This document shows positions 1 to 13,242 of a DNA stretch of 64,000 bases, piece by piece. Each line of letters starts with the position of its first letter. Within the stretch, counting starts at the first letter, position 1. Source of the DNA: Vitrella brassicaformis CCMP3155 (taxonomy: Eukaryota > Protista > Chromerida); NCBI GenBank assembly GCA_001179505.1, contig CDMY01000353.1, positions 1 through 64,000 of the forward strand. The letters run 5' to 3'. Both the position numbers and the translations under genes were made by a program. The notes under the pieces are model-generated. The model made no database searches. It had not been told where the DNA came from and was given only the letters and a program-made list of their open reading frames with translations.

Positions 1-467
1 CACAAGGCACCCTTTGGTGTCGGTGAGGGCCATCGGCTGCCGCCCATCCCCACCGACCGCTCTCGCGTCGCACAGCGGGTCATCGAGGCTGATCGCAAGC
101 AAAAACAACAGGTCAGTCAGTCAGTCAGTCACTCAGTCAGATGATTGATGTGATGGAGAGGGCAACGAAGGAGCGAGACACACAAACTCGTGTGTGTATG
201 TCGCGTCTCATGTCACGTCATGTGATGTGTATCGATCATCAGGCTGTGTTGCGTGCCAAGGAGGCTCGTTGTCGGCGGCAGCAGCAGGAGGCCTACGGGA
301 GACTCGTCCAACAGTACTATGCACCTGCCCCCAGACACCGCCAGCAATACTACAATCAAGGGGAGGAGGAGCCGTTCAGCCCCTATGTGGACGAGCAGCT
401 GTATGGAGGCATGACGAGGCTGCCCCCGATCGTACTCACGGGGACAAGCCTGCGAAGGGCGGGGTGA
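1..467 (+). CDS. 3' end of a spliced hypothetical protein (partial, runs off window start)
   Basis: Open frame ...RVAQRVIEADRKQKQQ ends at a GT donor (~111). A (TCAG)n intron follows, then MID|AVLRAKEARCRRQQQEAYGR...RRAG* with stop at 465-467. No family motif recognised. Confidence 0.55.
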
Positions 468-1143
468 GTGAGGTTTGCTCAGTGCATGGGGCTTCTGGAT
501 AAGTCATTCATGTTAGGTGGTCTTGCTCTTCGTGTTTAAGCCTTTCGTCCTGTGACATAATACATACGTTGTCGTCCGACCTCCATGTGCACGGACAATG
601 GCTTTCCATGCATTGCGTGGTATGCATGTCAACCACTATCTCTCCCTAGACACACTTCCACTGTCTGATGCTCAATTCTACTACGAATTTGGCCTCGCAG
701 AACTCATAGACCTCTCAACCTACCATCAGCCAATGCACTGGCATTTGGTCGCCTTTTCGAGTACGCCTCCTCCAGAGTGACTCCTCGTACTGCGACAATC
801 CTCCGACGAAACCCGACACTACAGACAGGATAAGAATGGCCGTGAATCCACTTGTCAACCTCCTCGTTGAAGTGTCTTACAGTAGCCTTCATTCAGCTGT
901 TTCCGACTCATGAGCACCACGCGGCTGCCATCCGACGAGTCACGTGGTGCAGGGAGACGCCGCGTGAAGTTTGTATTGGCAGGGAGGCTGAGCTGCTGTC
1001 GCCAGCGAGCCCCTTCATCTTCGGACTCGTTGCGGTTCTGACCAAGATCCACGACAACTCCGAATCTCGTTAGACTTAATTGCGGGGCTTCACGAAGAGC
1101 CTACATCGGATTAGTCAGGCATTTACACAAGCTGCAGCTGCCT

Positions 1144-2196
1144 TCAGCAGACCTTGAGTTCGCCTTTGGCTCTCTGCTCGTTTTCCACAATGTACACAAC
1201 GCCCGATACATGCTGGCCATTGGCATGCGTCAACACCTCTGAGAAACAAAGTAATCAGAATATCACTTTGGTGAATCTGTTCTCACCGTCAAAAGCAACC
1301 TTCTTGATTCGGCAAGATTGGACGTTGTGAACCTCTTGGGACTCGGCATTGTATCCTGCAGGACACCAGACAGTAAGGGGCATGAAAGAAGGATACCCGA
1401 GACATGTGTTCGCACCAGCCCGTTGAGATATCGCGAAGTTTGGAAGAAGCTGTTCATCTCCGCCCACAAGCAGCACGCAGCGAAACGGGTCGGAGACCGA
1501 CCGCACAGATCCAGAGAGCTGGAGGCTCAGCTGGAAGGAACATGGATCAAATGACTCTCTGAGCTGCTCCATCGTCTCCTGCATCAACCTTATCTTGGCC
1601 TCGCACTCGCGCTGCTTGTTTCCGTGGTCGGGATGAATAGTTCGAGCGTGGAGTACACCGAGGGCATCCTGCAGCCTGGCGTAGTTGTCCTCAAACTGCC
1701 GCAGCACCTCCATCGACGGACCCGTGCCCTCAAACATGCGGTATTTGTCGGCAATCGGGGCCATGCGGTTGTTGAGCCGCTCCGCATCGGCGAGCCAGTC
1801 GCCGCTGTATGTGAGGTTCAGCTTGTCCTTGGTCTCGTCGAAGGTGGGCTTGATGTCGTGAAGCCGCAGCGGGACACGATACTCTCTAACGACGTTGCTG
1901 AGGGGTTGCTTGATGTCCTTCCACGTCGGCTCCAAGCGCTGCGTGGTCTGATTGAACTCCACATCCATCCGTTTCTCGACCACGATCTGCTCGTTTGCAG
2001 CCATTCGTGATTTCAGCGCCTTGATGATGTCTTTGTTGGTCTTCTGGATCGTGTTGATGCTGCGCAGCAACTCGTCATGCGAGCGGCGAGTAGGTGATGG
2101 ATCCATGGGTTGCGCTTGCTGAGGCCTGGGTAGGAAAGCCGCGATGGGCGAAGGCTCTGGAGCAGGCTGCCGGCCTCCTCCGGTGTCCCCAGACAT
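1144..2196 (-). CDS. Hypothetical protein with coiled-coil N-terminal half
   Basis: 313-aa ORF (1255-2196) with helical/coiled-coil character. A probable short intron (gtgagaac...tttctcag) joins KKVAFD to EVLTHANGQHVSGVVYIVENEQRAKGELKVC*, stop ~1144. Confidence 0.55.
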
Positions 2197-2285
2197 CGAA
2201 ACGGAGTGTCGGGGACTGCCCCCTTTGTTGCTTTTTGGGGCCAGTGCCAGAGTTCTGCCTTTCCGACATCAAACATCTCACCAAT

Positions 2286-4019
2286 GCATGTTATCGACCT
2301 ACCTGAGCTGCCAGCTCGAGCTGGGGAGCACCAAGAGGGCGTGGAAAGGGACGCTCACCGGCGGAGTTTGTCGGTGCCTACGCAGGGACAATCGCCGGAG
2401 AGGAAGAGGAGCTGGATAGAGAACAAGGGCGCCACCCTCTCTTTCAACCTCGGCAACACACACGCTGAGATCACCCTCCCCTACCGCCGCACCTGCAGCC
2501 TGGAGGTGCCTCTGGACCAGTATGTGGCGCAGGCCAAGCCCAGCGAGACGTTTGATCGGTGTCCGAGGAACGTGCGCTTCGTCACGGCAAGCCTCATCAG
2601 TCTATACCTCGTGAGATGCGGGGAAAGAGGGGACAAGTGCATGCAGGGTGGAGATGTGGTGTGTGTGTGTCGTGTCTCCCTCTCTCTCTTGGCTTCAGAT
2701 GGTGTATGTGTTGTTCACCCTTGAAGGTCCCGCCAGCCGTGGGGAGAGGTGGCTGTACTTCATCATCGCCGCCATGACCCTTCTCTCATTCGTCATCACC
2801 GTGTACGCACATCGACAGGACCCCCCAACACGCATACAGACTTTCTGTCTCCGCTGCTGACGTTCATGTAGGTCTGCGGCTCTGACAGGCGACGGTGTGG
2901 ACGCCCGCCTGAGCACACAGGTGGCCTGGGGCGCCTTCCGCATGCTCCTCTTCCAGGTGGTCGTCCCCATCGTCATGGCCTTCTCGCCGTGGTCCCTCCG
3001 GGGCCTCTTCGGCCTCCACACCGTCCTGGCATTCACATTCGCCCTCCTCCCATACGACAGCTTCTCCGCCCCGCGCAAACTGACGAGTGACGACGACAGG
3101 CACTGCCCTTTGTGCCCCCCAATGCTCACCGCCAGATGCCCATACACACTTCGGCTGTTCGTGAGCACGTGGGCGCCGATCCTGGCTCTGACGGCCTCCA
3201 CGAGGGCTGCGGCGGGTCTGGATGAGGGCGGCAAGGGGTCGGCGCTCGCCGTGATGGTCATGTCCTACATGCAGGCCATCAACATGCACCTGGCACTGGT
3301 GGCCATCGAGCCTTCGGCGGCATTCACCTCTCTCAGAGCCATCATTGCCACAGGCAGGCGGGGGAAATGCACACACGACCTCGAGGCACAGAGGCAGCGA
3401 GACACTCTGTCATCTCTGTCTGTTTGTGTGGGTGGCTTTTGGTGTTTGTCTGTTAGTGACGGACATTCCTGTGTCTGTGGTATTGATCCTGGGCTACCCC
3501 CTCCCTCCCGAGGAGTATCGGCTCTGCGGCTCAGCTGCCTTCGCGTCCCTCGTGCACCTCTTCCACGCCCTCGTGGAGAGCCTGGTCTTCGCACTCTTCC
3601 TCAAGCCGCCCACGGTCGCCCTCCCACCACCAGTAGCAGCAACAGCAGCGGAAGAGACGGGCGATCGGGAAATCGAGCCCCACGAGAAGGACCCAGCCCT
3701 CGGGAAGGAGGGCGGGAGGAGGGGCAGGGCCTCATTCGACTCACAGGCCAGCACCGCACTCGACGAGACATTCGATGGGATACGCAACAGGGGCTCGGTG
3801 GACTCTCTCGGTGCCCTCGAGTTCACTTTTGATAAGGCGGAAGAGACGGGCGAGGCGTACGCCGACTATTTCTCGCCTCGGCCGCCTGCGGCGAGTGTGA
3901 TATACGGCCGGGTGGGGGGCCGCCTGGAGCCCGTGGTTGAGGAGGGTCTGAGGTACACCAACGAGGGGATGGCAGTGACTGCGGGCGACACCAGCTTCAT
4001 TGGGAGGAGAGGGGTGTGA
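2286..4019 (+). CDS. Multi-pass membrane hypothetical protein (spliced)
   Basis: Consecutive exons encode hydrophobic segments (WLYFIIAAMTLLSFVITVY; MLLFQVVVPIVMAF; LAVMVMSYMQAINMHLALV; FASLVHLFHALVESLVFALF) and an acidic tail, separated by GT-AG microsatellite introns. Confidence 0.6.
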
Positions 4020-4362
4020 GTGAGACACGCATTCCGCGATCTCGTGTGGGTGGTTGAATGAAGTGGGGTGCATGTCTTGGTTGCTTGGGGGCGTCGGGAT
4101 TGTGTCTTTGTTGTGTTGAATGCATGAAGAAATATTGACGTGGGGGATTCGACAATTTGTTGCTGCATACATACATGGAGGGTCCTACAGTGGCCTTGAC
4201 CAAAAGCGCTCAATACACGTCCACATGTCGGCATCTCTGTCTCATCTCTGTCTATCACGTCACATCACACGCCACCCACGCAACACAGCACAGCTTTGTC
4301 TCGCCTCACTTGGCCGACTCACTCACTCAAAGGACTGTCTGTCTGTCTGTCTGTGTGTCTGG

Positions 4363-7300
4363 TCAGCGTCTCCACCTAATCTCTGCGGCAATGGCGAGGT
4401 GGTCTGAGGGGTACATCACCGACGGCAGCCCATGGTGCGGACGGATGTCATCTTCACTGATTGGGGGCAGCACACGACACACCTGCCACACACGCATGTG
4501 AGAATATCGCCGCTGCAGAGAGACGATGAGGGAGAGCGTGCTGACCGACCTGGAAGCATTCGTCGACCATGACATAGTCGAGCGTGGCCCTGAAGTTGTT
4601 GACCCAGTTGGTGAACTTGGGCGCACACCCCGACGCCTCATACGCGTCCACCAACCGCACATCCGCACTCAGCTCGACGCCCCAGCCGTCAGGCGGCACA
4701 CACCCACGACCATCCCGACCGTCACTGCCACCAGCACCGCTGTTTTTGACCCAGTGAGGCAGCGGAGGAATGGATGACGACACAGCCGATGACGGGGGAG
4801 GGGCTGGGGATGGGGGTGGTGCATCGTCAGATGAGGGGGCGGGGGGGAGGGAGTCTGCTCCTGTTGGGGGGGCCGGGGCGGGGGCGGGGGCGGCAGACGG
4901 CTCAGAAGGGTGCCCCTCGGCGTTCTCTTTCTCGATCTTTTGAGCCTCCTCCACTTGTTCCTCTTCGTCGACGTCGCGGCTCCAGTGGAATTCGGGACCT
5001 TGACACGAACACAACACGCACAGTGAGTGACAATGGGGCCGGTCGATGTACTGTACTGTCCGCATGTGCCTGACGCGGCTTCTCACCGGTTTTCCAGTCG
5101 CGGTGATCCGACTCGACATAGCCCGTTTTGAGCAGCTGGATCGCAGCTGCAACACATACACCAACACACAGCACAGCACAGAGAGGCAGATAACCCACAT
5201 CCCACCTGTGCGATCCAGCCACCCACCCACCCCAGCGTCTTGTCTTCCTCACCAGTCCATGGCACTGAGTTGAGGTCTCCGCAGAGTACCACACCCACAC
5301 GCTGGCCGGCAGGGCTCCCATCACACTGCTGCTGCTGCTGGGCGGCCTCTTCGCACCTGGCCTTGAGCTGGTGAATACGGTGCAGCAGGAGGGCCGTCTG
5401 GAGCAGCCGGATGTGCTGCATTCGGACCACAGACAACACAGAGAAGGAACGGGAATTCGGTCGGTCGTTGTCTGTCTGGGGGAGGGAGGGGTGGTGGGTT
5501 CGACTGGCTGACCTTTGCCTGTGGATGGAAGAACAGGTGCGTGTTGGCGACGATGAGCAGCCGGTGTGTGACCTTGTCTTGCAACAGCAGCAGCTGGAAG
5601 ATGGTCGTCAAGTGCGGCAGCACTTCATCCTTTACACACGCACACGCACACGCACACGCACACACACAAACCAAACGCACCTGCATGTGTGCGCCGCGTC
5701 CGTGTGGACGTAGGCAGGCTCTGTGTCGGCGGCTTACGAAGAAGTGTGGCCACTTCTGCCTGAGTACATTGACGGCATCCTGCAAAGCTGGCTCGGACAG
5801 CTGACGACCAAACACACACACACACAGAATGAAAAGACACACGTGCATCGATCGTCTCATATGTGCCGTGGGGCGATCCGATCCCACCAGTGAGTCCCTG
5901 AAGGTGATGTCGTGCTTCTCGAGCAGGTCGAAGCGGTCCCGCCGCAACAGACAGGCACTGCCCTCCTGCAGCTTGCCGGCCTTCAACTGCACACACACAC
6001 ATACACACACACCATGATCAGATGCACACACCTGGCTGTGTCGTGATGGTTGTGTCTGTCTCACTGACTGTGATGGTGGGATGATATATGTCGCCGAAGA
6101 GGGGCACCAACGTGTTCTGATAGAATGACAGCTGCCTGCGCAACACACACACAAAGAGAGAGGTGCCCTCCCTCCCTCCCTCCCTCCCTCTCGCCACCCC
6201 CTTCCCCTCCCATTGCGTTGCGTGTTTACGTTTCCTGCAGGCACATGAGGTCACAGTCGAGCTCGAGCAGCTCCCGGGCGATCATCGGCCGCCTGTAGCC
6301 AATGTCCAGGTGCTCCTGCAGGCAGTAGGGAAACATCTGGAACTGAGCCACAGGCGTCCTCGCGAGGATGGGGGCCAGCACGTTGAACGAGCACACCCGG
6401 AGCGGCGGGGAGGCACGCTCTTGCTCCTGCTGCTGGTGGTGCTGGTAGCCGAACCAGGCCCCCCACCCGCCCCACAGGCTGTCTTGCGTCGCTGATGTGT
6501 CCTTGGGCTGCTGTCTGGCGAAGGTTGCGATGCGCCTCTCGCGCCATCCTGCTGGGGGCGGCTGCTGGATGGCCTCGACCACTGTGGATGAGCCGAAGGC
6601 CGGGAGGGAGGGGTGGTAGGCTGCATTGCATTATCAGCGACACAGACAGGCATTAGGGTAGAAGGGAGCGGGGGATGTGGTGGGGGTGCTGTGCTGTGTA
6701 TCGCTGGCTGACCTCTTAGCTCGAGGCGTGATCCAATGTCTTCGGGAGTCGGCACGTACATCTAGCCGAGCCGACACACACGCAGCCATACAGACAGCCA
6801 GCCAGCCAGACAGACAGGAGCCAAGGATTGCCCACTGGTGGATTCCTTCATCGCCTGCTGGGTTGTGAGGAGGGCGTGCGTGTGCGTGTGGTGTACCTTA
6901 CCGGTCCGTAGGCGAGCCAGTGGGGGGGCGAGGTGTGGTGGTGACCCTTCCGATACCTACACACACACACACAGGCAGGAGAGTCCACATGACATACATG
7001 TCTGTCTGTGACGGCCCCTCTTCCTTCCTCCCTGTCTGCAGGCCATCAGCACTGACCACTCAAACACAAACGTGCTGGGATCCTCAAACTCGGTCTCGAC
7101 AAACGGGATCACCGGACACCTACACGACAGGCAGGCAGGCAGTCGTGCCTCATCCATCCATCCATCCATCCATCTATCTATCCGCCATCCATCCATAGCT
7201 CACTCACAAAACATATATACCCGACGATGACGGCCTGGTTGACCTCGAGTGTCTTGACGGCCGGGGGGTTGACATGGATGGCATACAGCTGGCCATTGAG

Positions 7301-7945
7301 CGTCAGTACTGACGCCTCGCTGAACGCCTGTGCGCACCCCGTACTCTCGGCCACCGCACTGCGGTCTTCACGCAACAGGCTGACCGCCACGTCCATCTCG
7401 TCGCCATTGGGCGGCTGGCCCTCCTCATCCCCCCCGCCCCCGCCACCGTTGCCCTTGCTGTTGTTCTTGCGCTTGCTTTTGCTTTTGGGTTTGAGGGCCT
7501 TCTGGCAGTTGATCTTGATGCGCGACAACATTCGCTCCAACGGCTCTGTGCACACACACACAGACACACACACACTCAGCGAGAGAGAGAGAGAGGAATG
7601 GGACTGCCTGTTTTGTCGCGCGTGTGTCGTCATGCCACTACCGTCTTTGGGTCTGTTGAGGTTGGTCATCTTGCCTCCCCAGGTGTACGAGAACAGGAGG
7701 CTCGGCTCCTCATCCACAATGCGCACCACCGCAGGCAGCACCTCCCCGCCTCCCATCCCAACACCTCCACTGTCCATCACACAGCCAACGCCGCCAACCT
7801 CTCCTTCACTCAGCGGCCCTCGGGCACACAGCAGCGACGTGGAAGCAGCGGCAGCAGCAGCACTCCTGTGAAGTCGGCGGGCTGGAATGAGCAGCGACAG
7901 GGCGGGAGGGGCACCGATGAGCGCGAGCAGTGGCCGACATCGCAT
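4363..7945 (-). CDS. PDE12: 2',5'-phosphodiesterase 12 / CCR4-nocturnin family (EEP) deadenylase, probably mitochondrial
   Basis: Motifs: VCSFNVLA; FPYC...GYRRPMIARELLELDCDLMCLQE; IVANTHLFFHP; LCGDLNSVP; KFTNWVNNFRATLDYV; LPSVMYPSDHLAI. N-terminal PDE12-type region (LNRPKDEPLERMLSRIKIN) and an Arg/Ala/Ser-rich presequence. Confidence 0.88.
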
Positions 7946-8206
7946 AGAACTCAGTGGCCCGACAAGTCATGAGTCGGATACCAAGCAAGAGGTGGCCTCC
8001 TTCGACATCGATCACCGTGCTGTTAGGGGCATCTGCGGATAATGGACTTCGCAGGTGAAGGCAAGGGATGAAGGATCTTTGCAAGGCTGCCTGGAAAAAG
8101 TACGCAGGCTCTGCAGATCTCTCAGGGCAGCAGCGGTTTCACGGAGCACCCTAGACGACCTGACGGTGGTAGAGTCTAAAGAGAGGTGACTCTGCCGGAA
8201 GGGAAG
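7946..8206. promoter_or_regulatory. Putative bidirectional promoter between PDE12 and cox2a
   Basis: 261-bp divergent spacer with AGATCT at 8115 and GCAGCAGCGGTTTCAC at 8127-8142, identical to the element at 35112. Confidence 0.5.
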
Positions 8207-9163
8207 ATGCTGTCCCGCCTGCCGACTCTGTCGCGTTGCGCGGCGCAGCGCCTGCTTCGTCCGTCGTCGTATCGTGCGTCTGGTGTGGGTGCCGTCCGGC
8301 TGTTCGGCGGTGCGCACGACGGTCCGGTTCGTTACGACCCGATGCCGCGGCACATGGACGAGGCGGATCCGCCCAACGTGCGGCACATCCAGCCCAAACC
8401 CCACGGGGAGCAGGAAATCTACCAGCGGGGAGCCCACCCCAATGTGCACCCCGACGCGCAGGACCAGGGCTACGACGTGCACCACCTGCCGCGATCCAAC
8501 TTGGACTACGTCGATATTGACGGTGCGCAGGGGACCAACTGGTGGGACAATCACTATGACAGCAACCACTTCGACGCCATGGAACCCCGCCCGCCGCCCA
8601 TCCACACCATCGAGATCAACGGACAGACCTACATCAAGCCGGCGGCCGAGCAGGAACAGCTCTACTCCGTCGAAGAAATGTTCTACATCCCACAGGTAAT
8701 GTGGGGGGGCGGCGCGCGCACACGCTGATTGATTATCTGCGTCAGATCGCCTTTCTGTCTGTCTGTCTGTCTGTGTGTGTTGTGTGTTGTGTGTTGTGTG
8801 TTGTGTGTCACATGTGTCCACCAGGATCACGTTCCCCTGTGGGCGCGTCGTCGCGTGCACATTTGGTGCAACTACCCGATCATGCTGCGGGCCGAGTTTT
8901 GTTTCTTCTACGTGCCCACCTTCATCGTCTTCTCGCTGCTGCTGCCGGCCTTCTGCATGCTCTACATGTGGGACGAAGCCGTCTACACTACCATGACCGT
9001 CAAGTGCATCGGCAGACAGTGGTAGGGACCTGACCTGCCCACCCCACATACACCCATGGATGGATCTGCGGACACACCCACACGCATTGTGTGTGTGTGT
9101 GTGTGTAGGTATTGGGTGTATGAGGTGGAGACGCCCACCGACGACCAGGACGAGGAGGAGTGA
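8207..9163 (+). CDS. cox2a: Cytochrome c oxidase subunit 2a (nucleus-encoded N-terminal half of split COX2), 3 exons
   Basis: Exons 8207-8695, 8825-9021 and 9109-9163 give a mitochondrial presequence followed by ...MLRAEFCFFYVPTFIVFSLLLPAFCMLYMWDEAVYTTMTVKCIGRQWYWVYEVETPTDDQDEEE*. The protein ends just after the G.QWYW.YE motif, as in myzozoan Cox2a. Confidence 0.95.
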
Positions 9164-9940
9164 CCGAGGGGCGTGCGCGACCAGCAGCGTAGTAGTGGTT
9201 GGTTGATGCGTTTGTGGCGGGTCGGGGTGAGGGATAGGGGGAGGGATGGCTGCGGCACGACGGTCAGTCCGCACTCACTGTGACGGGGAGAGCGAGGGCC
9301 AGGGGCGTTGCAGTGCAAGTGGGTTTTGCCACTTGTTTGTTGTGTCTGTCGTGTATGGTGGGGTGGTCGGGGTGGGTGGGCCCGGGTGCGTGTCTGCACC
9401 GCACCCTACCCTGCATCACCCCACCGTACCGTCCGTCCAATTGTTCCTGTCAGTCCATATGTCCGTGTGAGTGTGTGTGTACCATATAGACAGAAAGACT
9501 GACGTGGTGCTCGGGTGCTCACAGACAGACAGACAGACACCGACAGAGCAGAGCAGAGAGAGAAGTTTGCTCCCTTGGTTCGTCGTGCGTGAGTGAGCGA
9601 ATGACTGACTGCGGTTGGGTTCCCTGTGTGTGTGAGCGTGTGTGAGTGAATGAATGGTCGGACGAGCAAGGTGAGTGAGGTAGGTGGCCAAGTCAATCCA
9701 ATCGTTAACTGCTTTCTTCACGGTCGATACGATAGGCAAAGTTTTCGTTCTTCTCGCCCAATTCCTGTTGGTTGCCCAACAGAACAGCACAGCGCAGAGA
9801 GGTATCCCTCAGCGCCGCTTCATTCATTGAGAGACAGACGAGACAGCCCCTCCTCTCCCGCCAGCTGGCCAAGCTAGACAGACAGGTCGAGAACTAGGTG
9901 TGTCCCCACACCACAGCCCACTTCACGAGTCTCTCTCTCT

Positions 9941-12900
9941 TTATATGCCATTATACATCAGCACATCAACCACCATCTGGGCTCCCACGGGCCTTTCATT
10001 CTCCACCACCCACTGCCGCCCCACGACAACTCGCACAGCCTCACACACCTCACTGTGAAGCCCCGAGGACACGCACTCTGTCTCAAACGGAGCGAAGCCA
10101 TTATCCGCCTTGCCACCAGCTATCGTGTCAATGGCCCCAGCCAGCCACAGCAGCCTCGCCTGTGGGGGCAGACGGCGCAGGAAGCCGACAGGGCATTTAA
10201 AGTCGTCCCCTGACTCACTCGCCAATCGCATCAGACTCCACACCAATTGCAGCAGGCTGGCACGGTCAAGCAGCAACAGCACATCCAGCAGCCCCTCGGC
10301 ACCCCTTGCCGAGGCCAGCCGCTCACTAGCAGCGCTCTCCAATAGCCGCGAGTAGGGCTCAACTGACGGCGCGAGAGCCCCATACGTCCACATGAGCCGC
10401 GCCAGCGATGAGCCGTCCATGTGTGAGATACGGCGCACAAGCAGGTCGACCAGACGCGCGTCGAGCAGCCCCACGGTGCTGTCACCATAGCTGCCATCAC
10501 GTGCCGCGCAGCTGAGGTGCCTGACCGACCATGCGAGGCGTAGAAGGCACTGTGTGTCGGTGAGGGGGGACAGGGCAGATGGCTGCAGGAGGGAAAGGGC
10601 CATGGCTGAGAGAAAAGACGGTGGTGGGGAGAAGCGGAGTCTTGCCAGAGCCCAGAGAGCGGGACTGAGGTCGGCGACCGTCAACTCATCCGACCGACGC
10701 ACCAGCTGACACATACACACCATACACACAGAGAGAGGCACAGATGAACGCGAAACTATTTGTTCCCTCAGTCTGTCTCTCCCTTCCTGTCTGACCTCAT
10801 GTGCGGCGCGCTGCACAAATACCCCCACACCCATTCCTTCCCCCATGCCGCCTCCGTCCTCCCCAATCGCCCCACCGGCCCGCGCCAGTGCCATGAGGCA
10901 CCCCACCAGACCATGTATCGATACACCCTCAGCACCACCACAAAGCAGATGCCGCAGCACATCTCGCATGGCCTCTCGCCGCTTCATCGCCACTGCCGAT
11001 GAGAGTGAGGGTGGGCTCTGGGAGATGCCGTGGGCGAAGGCCTGGATGAGCAGGGATGTGTCCGCAGGGGGCAGCTGTGGGTGTGGCTGGTGTGTGAGGG
11101 TGGATGTGAGGGACGGGGAGGCCTTGTGCAGCAGGGAGGGGGCACACGGCAGCTCCAGGACAGCACAGGACCACAGCAGCCGAGACAGGCTCTGAACGGA
11201 ACACAGAGAGACACCACACCAGCACTTGTCTTCAAATTCCTTGTCCATCCATCCATCCATGAGTGCGTGTGTGCCGCCCTACAGGTCCGTCGAATGCGGC
11301 CAGATGTGTGGCTGCAGCCATGCCACCCTCGTCGAGCAGCCCCCTGCGCCACGCCACCTCCCTCTCCCTCTCCTCTGGCCGCCCCCCACCCCCAGCTCCA
11401 TCCCCACCTGTCCACTCACGGTGCTTGGCCGACGCCCACATGACATTGGACAGATCCCTCGCCCGCAGCTGCCCCCACCACTGCCGATCGCTGATGGCAC
11501 ACAAAATGGCGTCAAAGAGCTTCGAGTCCACCACACCGGCCGACGCGTACGACCACATCAGGCTGGCCAGGTGGTGGGGCTCGAACGGCATCACCCCTGG
11601 GGCGATCATGCCGTCACTGCCGTCGCTCTCATCTGCCCGTCGGTCACCGAGCAGCCGCAGCAGCCGACGGGAGGCCTCACGGAAGAGTTTCTCATCGACT
11701 TTCGGCGCCATTGCCGCGTAGCAGCTGAGCACCTGTGCCAAAGCGATGGGCTCGAACTTGCGAAGACATCGCATGGCCACCGGCCGGGCTGCGTCGATAA
11801 AGTCCTCGCAGGCCGTCCTCACTCGTCCATCGGCCACTAACTCTCTCAGGCGGCCAGCGGCCCACAGTGCCATCGATAGCTCCGAATGCGCGAAGGAATC
11901 CACGCGAGCCGTACTCTCGGTCGCAAGCACGACACACCAGGAGCACATGAGCTCGGCGTTGGTCTGAATCAGAGTGTCTGTCAGCCGAGTGGCGCACCAC
12001 AGCTGATTCGACAGGGATTCTGGTGCGAATGCTGCTGGATAAGAGGCAGAGGGGGCTGGGTAGGAGGGAGGGCTTGGTGACGTGAGGCGCGCAAGAGAGG
12101 CGTCGAGGACGGCCGTCATCCACGCGGCGGACGGTCGGTAGCCTCCATGCACGACGCTGAGCAGGAGGTTGCTGAGGTTCAGAGGCGTCATCTGGCTCAC
12201 ATGCCGCAAGCTGGCCTCGGTCATCTTGTGCCACACGCCGTCGTGACGGACGCGGCACTTGCCCATCGCCAGAAGAACCATTGCCACATCCTCGCCACGG
12301 AACAGAGGTAGTGTCGACGCAGGCGCGTCCATCAGGAACGTCGCAATAGAGAGCACTAAATGCGGCACGGGGTGGCGGTCATGGTGCTGTTCGCCACACA
12401 GCTCCATCATTTTGACGGACGCCCATGCCGTGACGGCCAGACTTAGAGGGCTGAAGGACTCCCAACAGACGGGCTGGTGGCCATGAAGCATCTCCACCAT
12501 CTTGCGGTAGATCCCGTCGCACCGCCCGACACCGTATTTCTTCAGCGCTACACTCGCCCACAGGACGTTGCCAACCTCCCGGGGCCGCAGCTGTGCGAGT
12601 GCAATGCCATGGTCCAAGCATCCACCACCGTCCTCCATGACGCCCACAAACCTATCAAATCGCTCGTCCTCATCGAGAGAATAGCCAGGGCGGCGAAACG
12701 AAGGCACGCCAGTATCCGGCGATGAGCCGTGCCGCTTTCTCTTGTTTCCAGCAGCCTCCGCCTGCAGCTGTTTGGCGATGCGATGAATCCCCGTCGCCCA
12801 ATTGACCGAATTGAGCACCGACAGGTGATTGGCCAGCAGCTCCAGGAGGCCGTCGAGCGATGTGGCCGTCTCGAGCCGCCTGTTGAGCACCAGTTGCTCT

Positions 12901-13130
12901 GCAGACGGCGCAGATGTGGCCGCGAGAGGCAGAGATACCGGCGACGGATGGCTGCGGCTCACATGATGTGACACAGCAGCACCACCGATGAAGGGAGTTG
13001 ATGAATCAGCCGGCTGCAGTCCCATCGCGGTGTGGCTGGTGCGTCGTGTTGCGTGGCAGACGGCGCCCCTCGCAGGGAGTGGACGCAGTGCAGAAGGGAT
13101 GTTCTCGATTGAAGATCTCCGGAAAATCAT
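9941..13130 (-). CDS. RAP/FAST-like helical-repeat (HPR/OPR-type) organellar RNA-binding protein
   Basis: N-terminal LNRRLETATSLDGLLELL...LNSVNWATGIHRIAK. Repeated units (PREVGNVLWASV, PLSLAVTAWASV, PLNLSNLLLS, PESLSNQLWC, HSELSMALWAAG, PIALAQVLSCYA, PHHLASLMWSYA, ARDLSNVMWASA). C-terminal VENERPVGAQMVVDVL resembles the start of a RAP domain. Confidence 0.75.
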
Positions 13131-13242
13131 AACAAACAAGGCTGTTCCTTCTCATTGCTCTGCCCTTATACCCCGTACCTCTCTCCAATCGCAGCTCCAA
13201 TCCATTGCGAGCTTAGGAAGTGTCCACCAATATCCTTGAACA

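Noticed and set aside
480-1140. Lower-GC stretch with short ORFs, considered as ncRNA or a TE remnant
   Set aside because: No terminal repeats, structured-RNA hallmarks or domain motifs were found.
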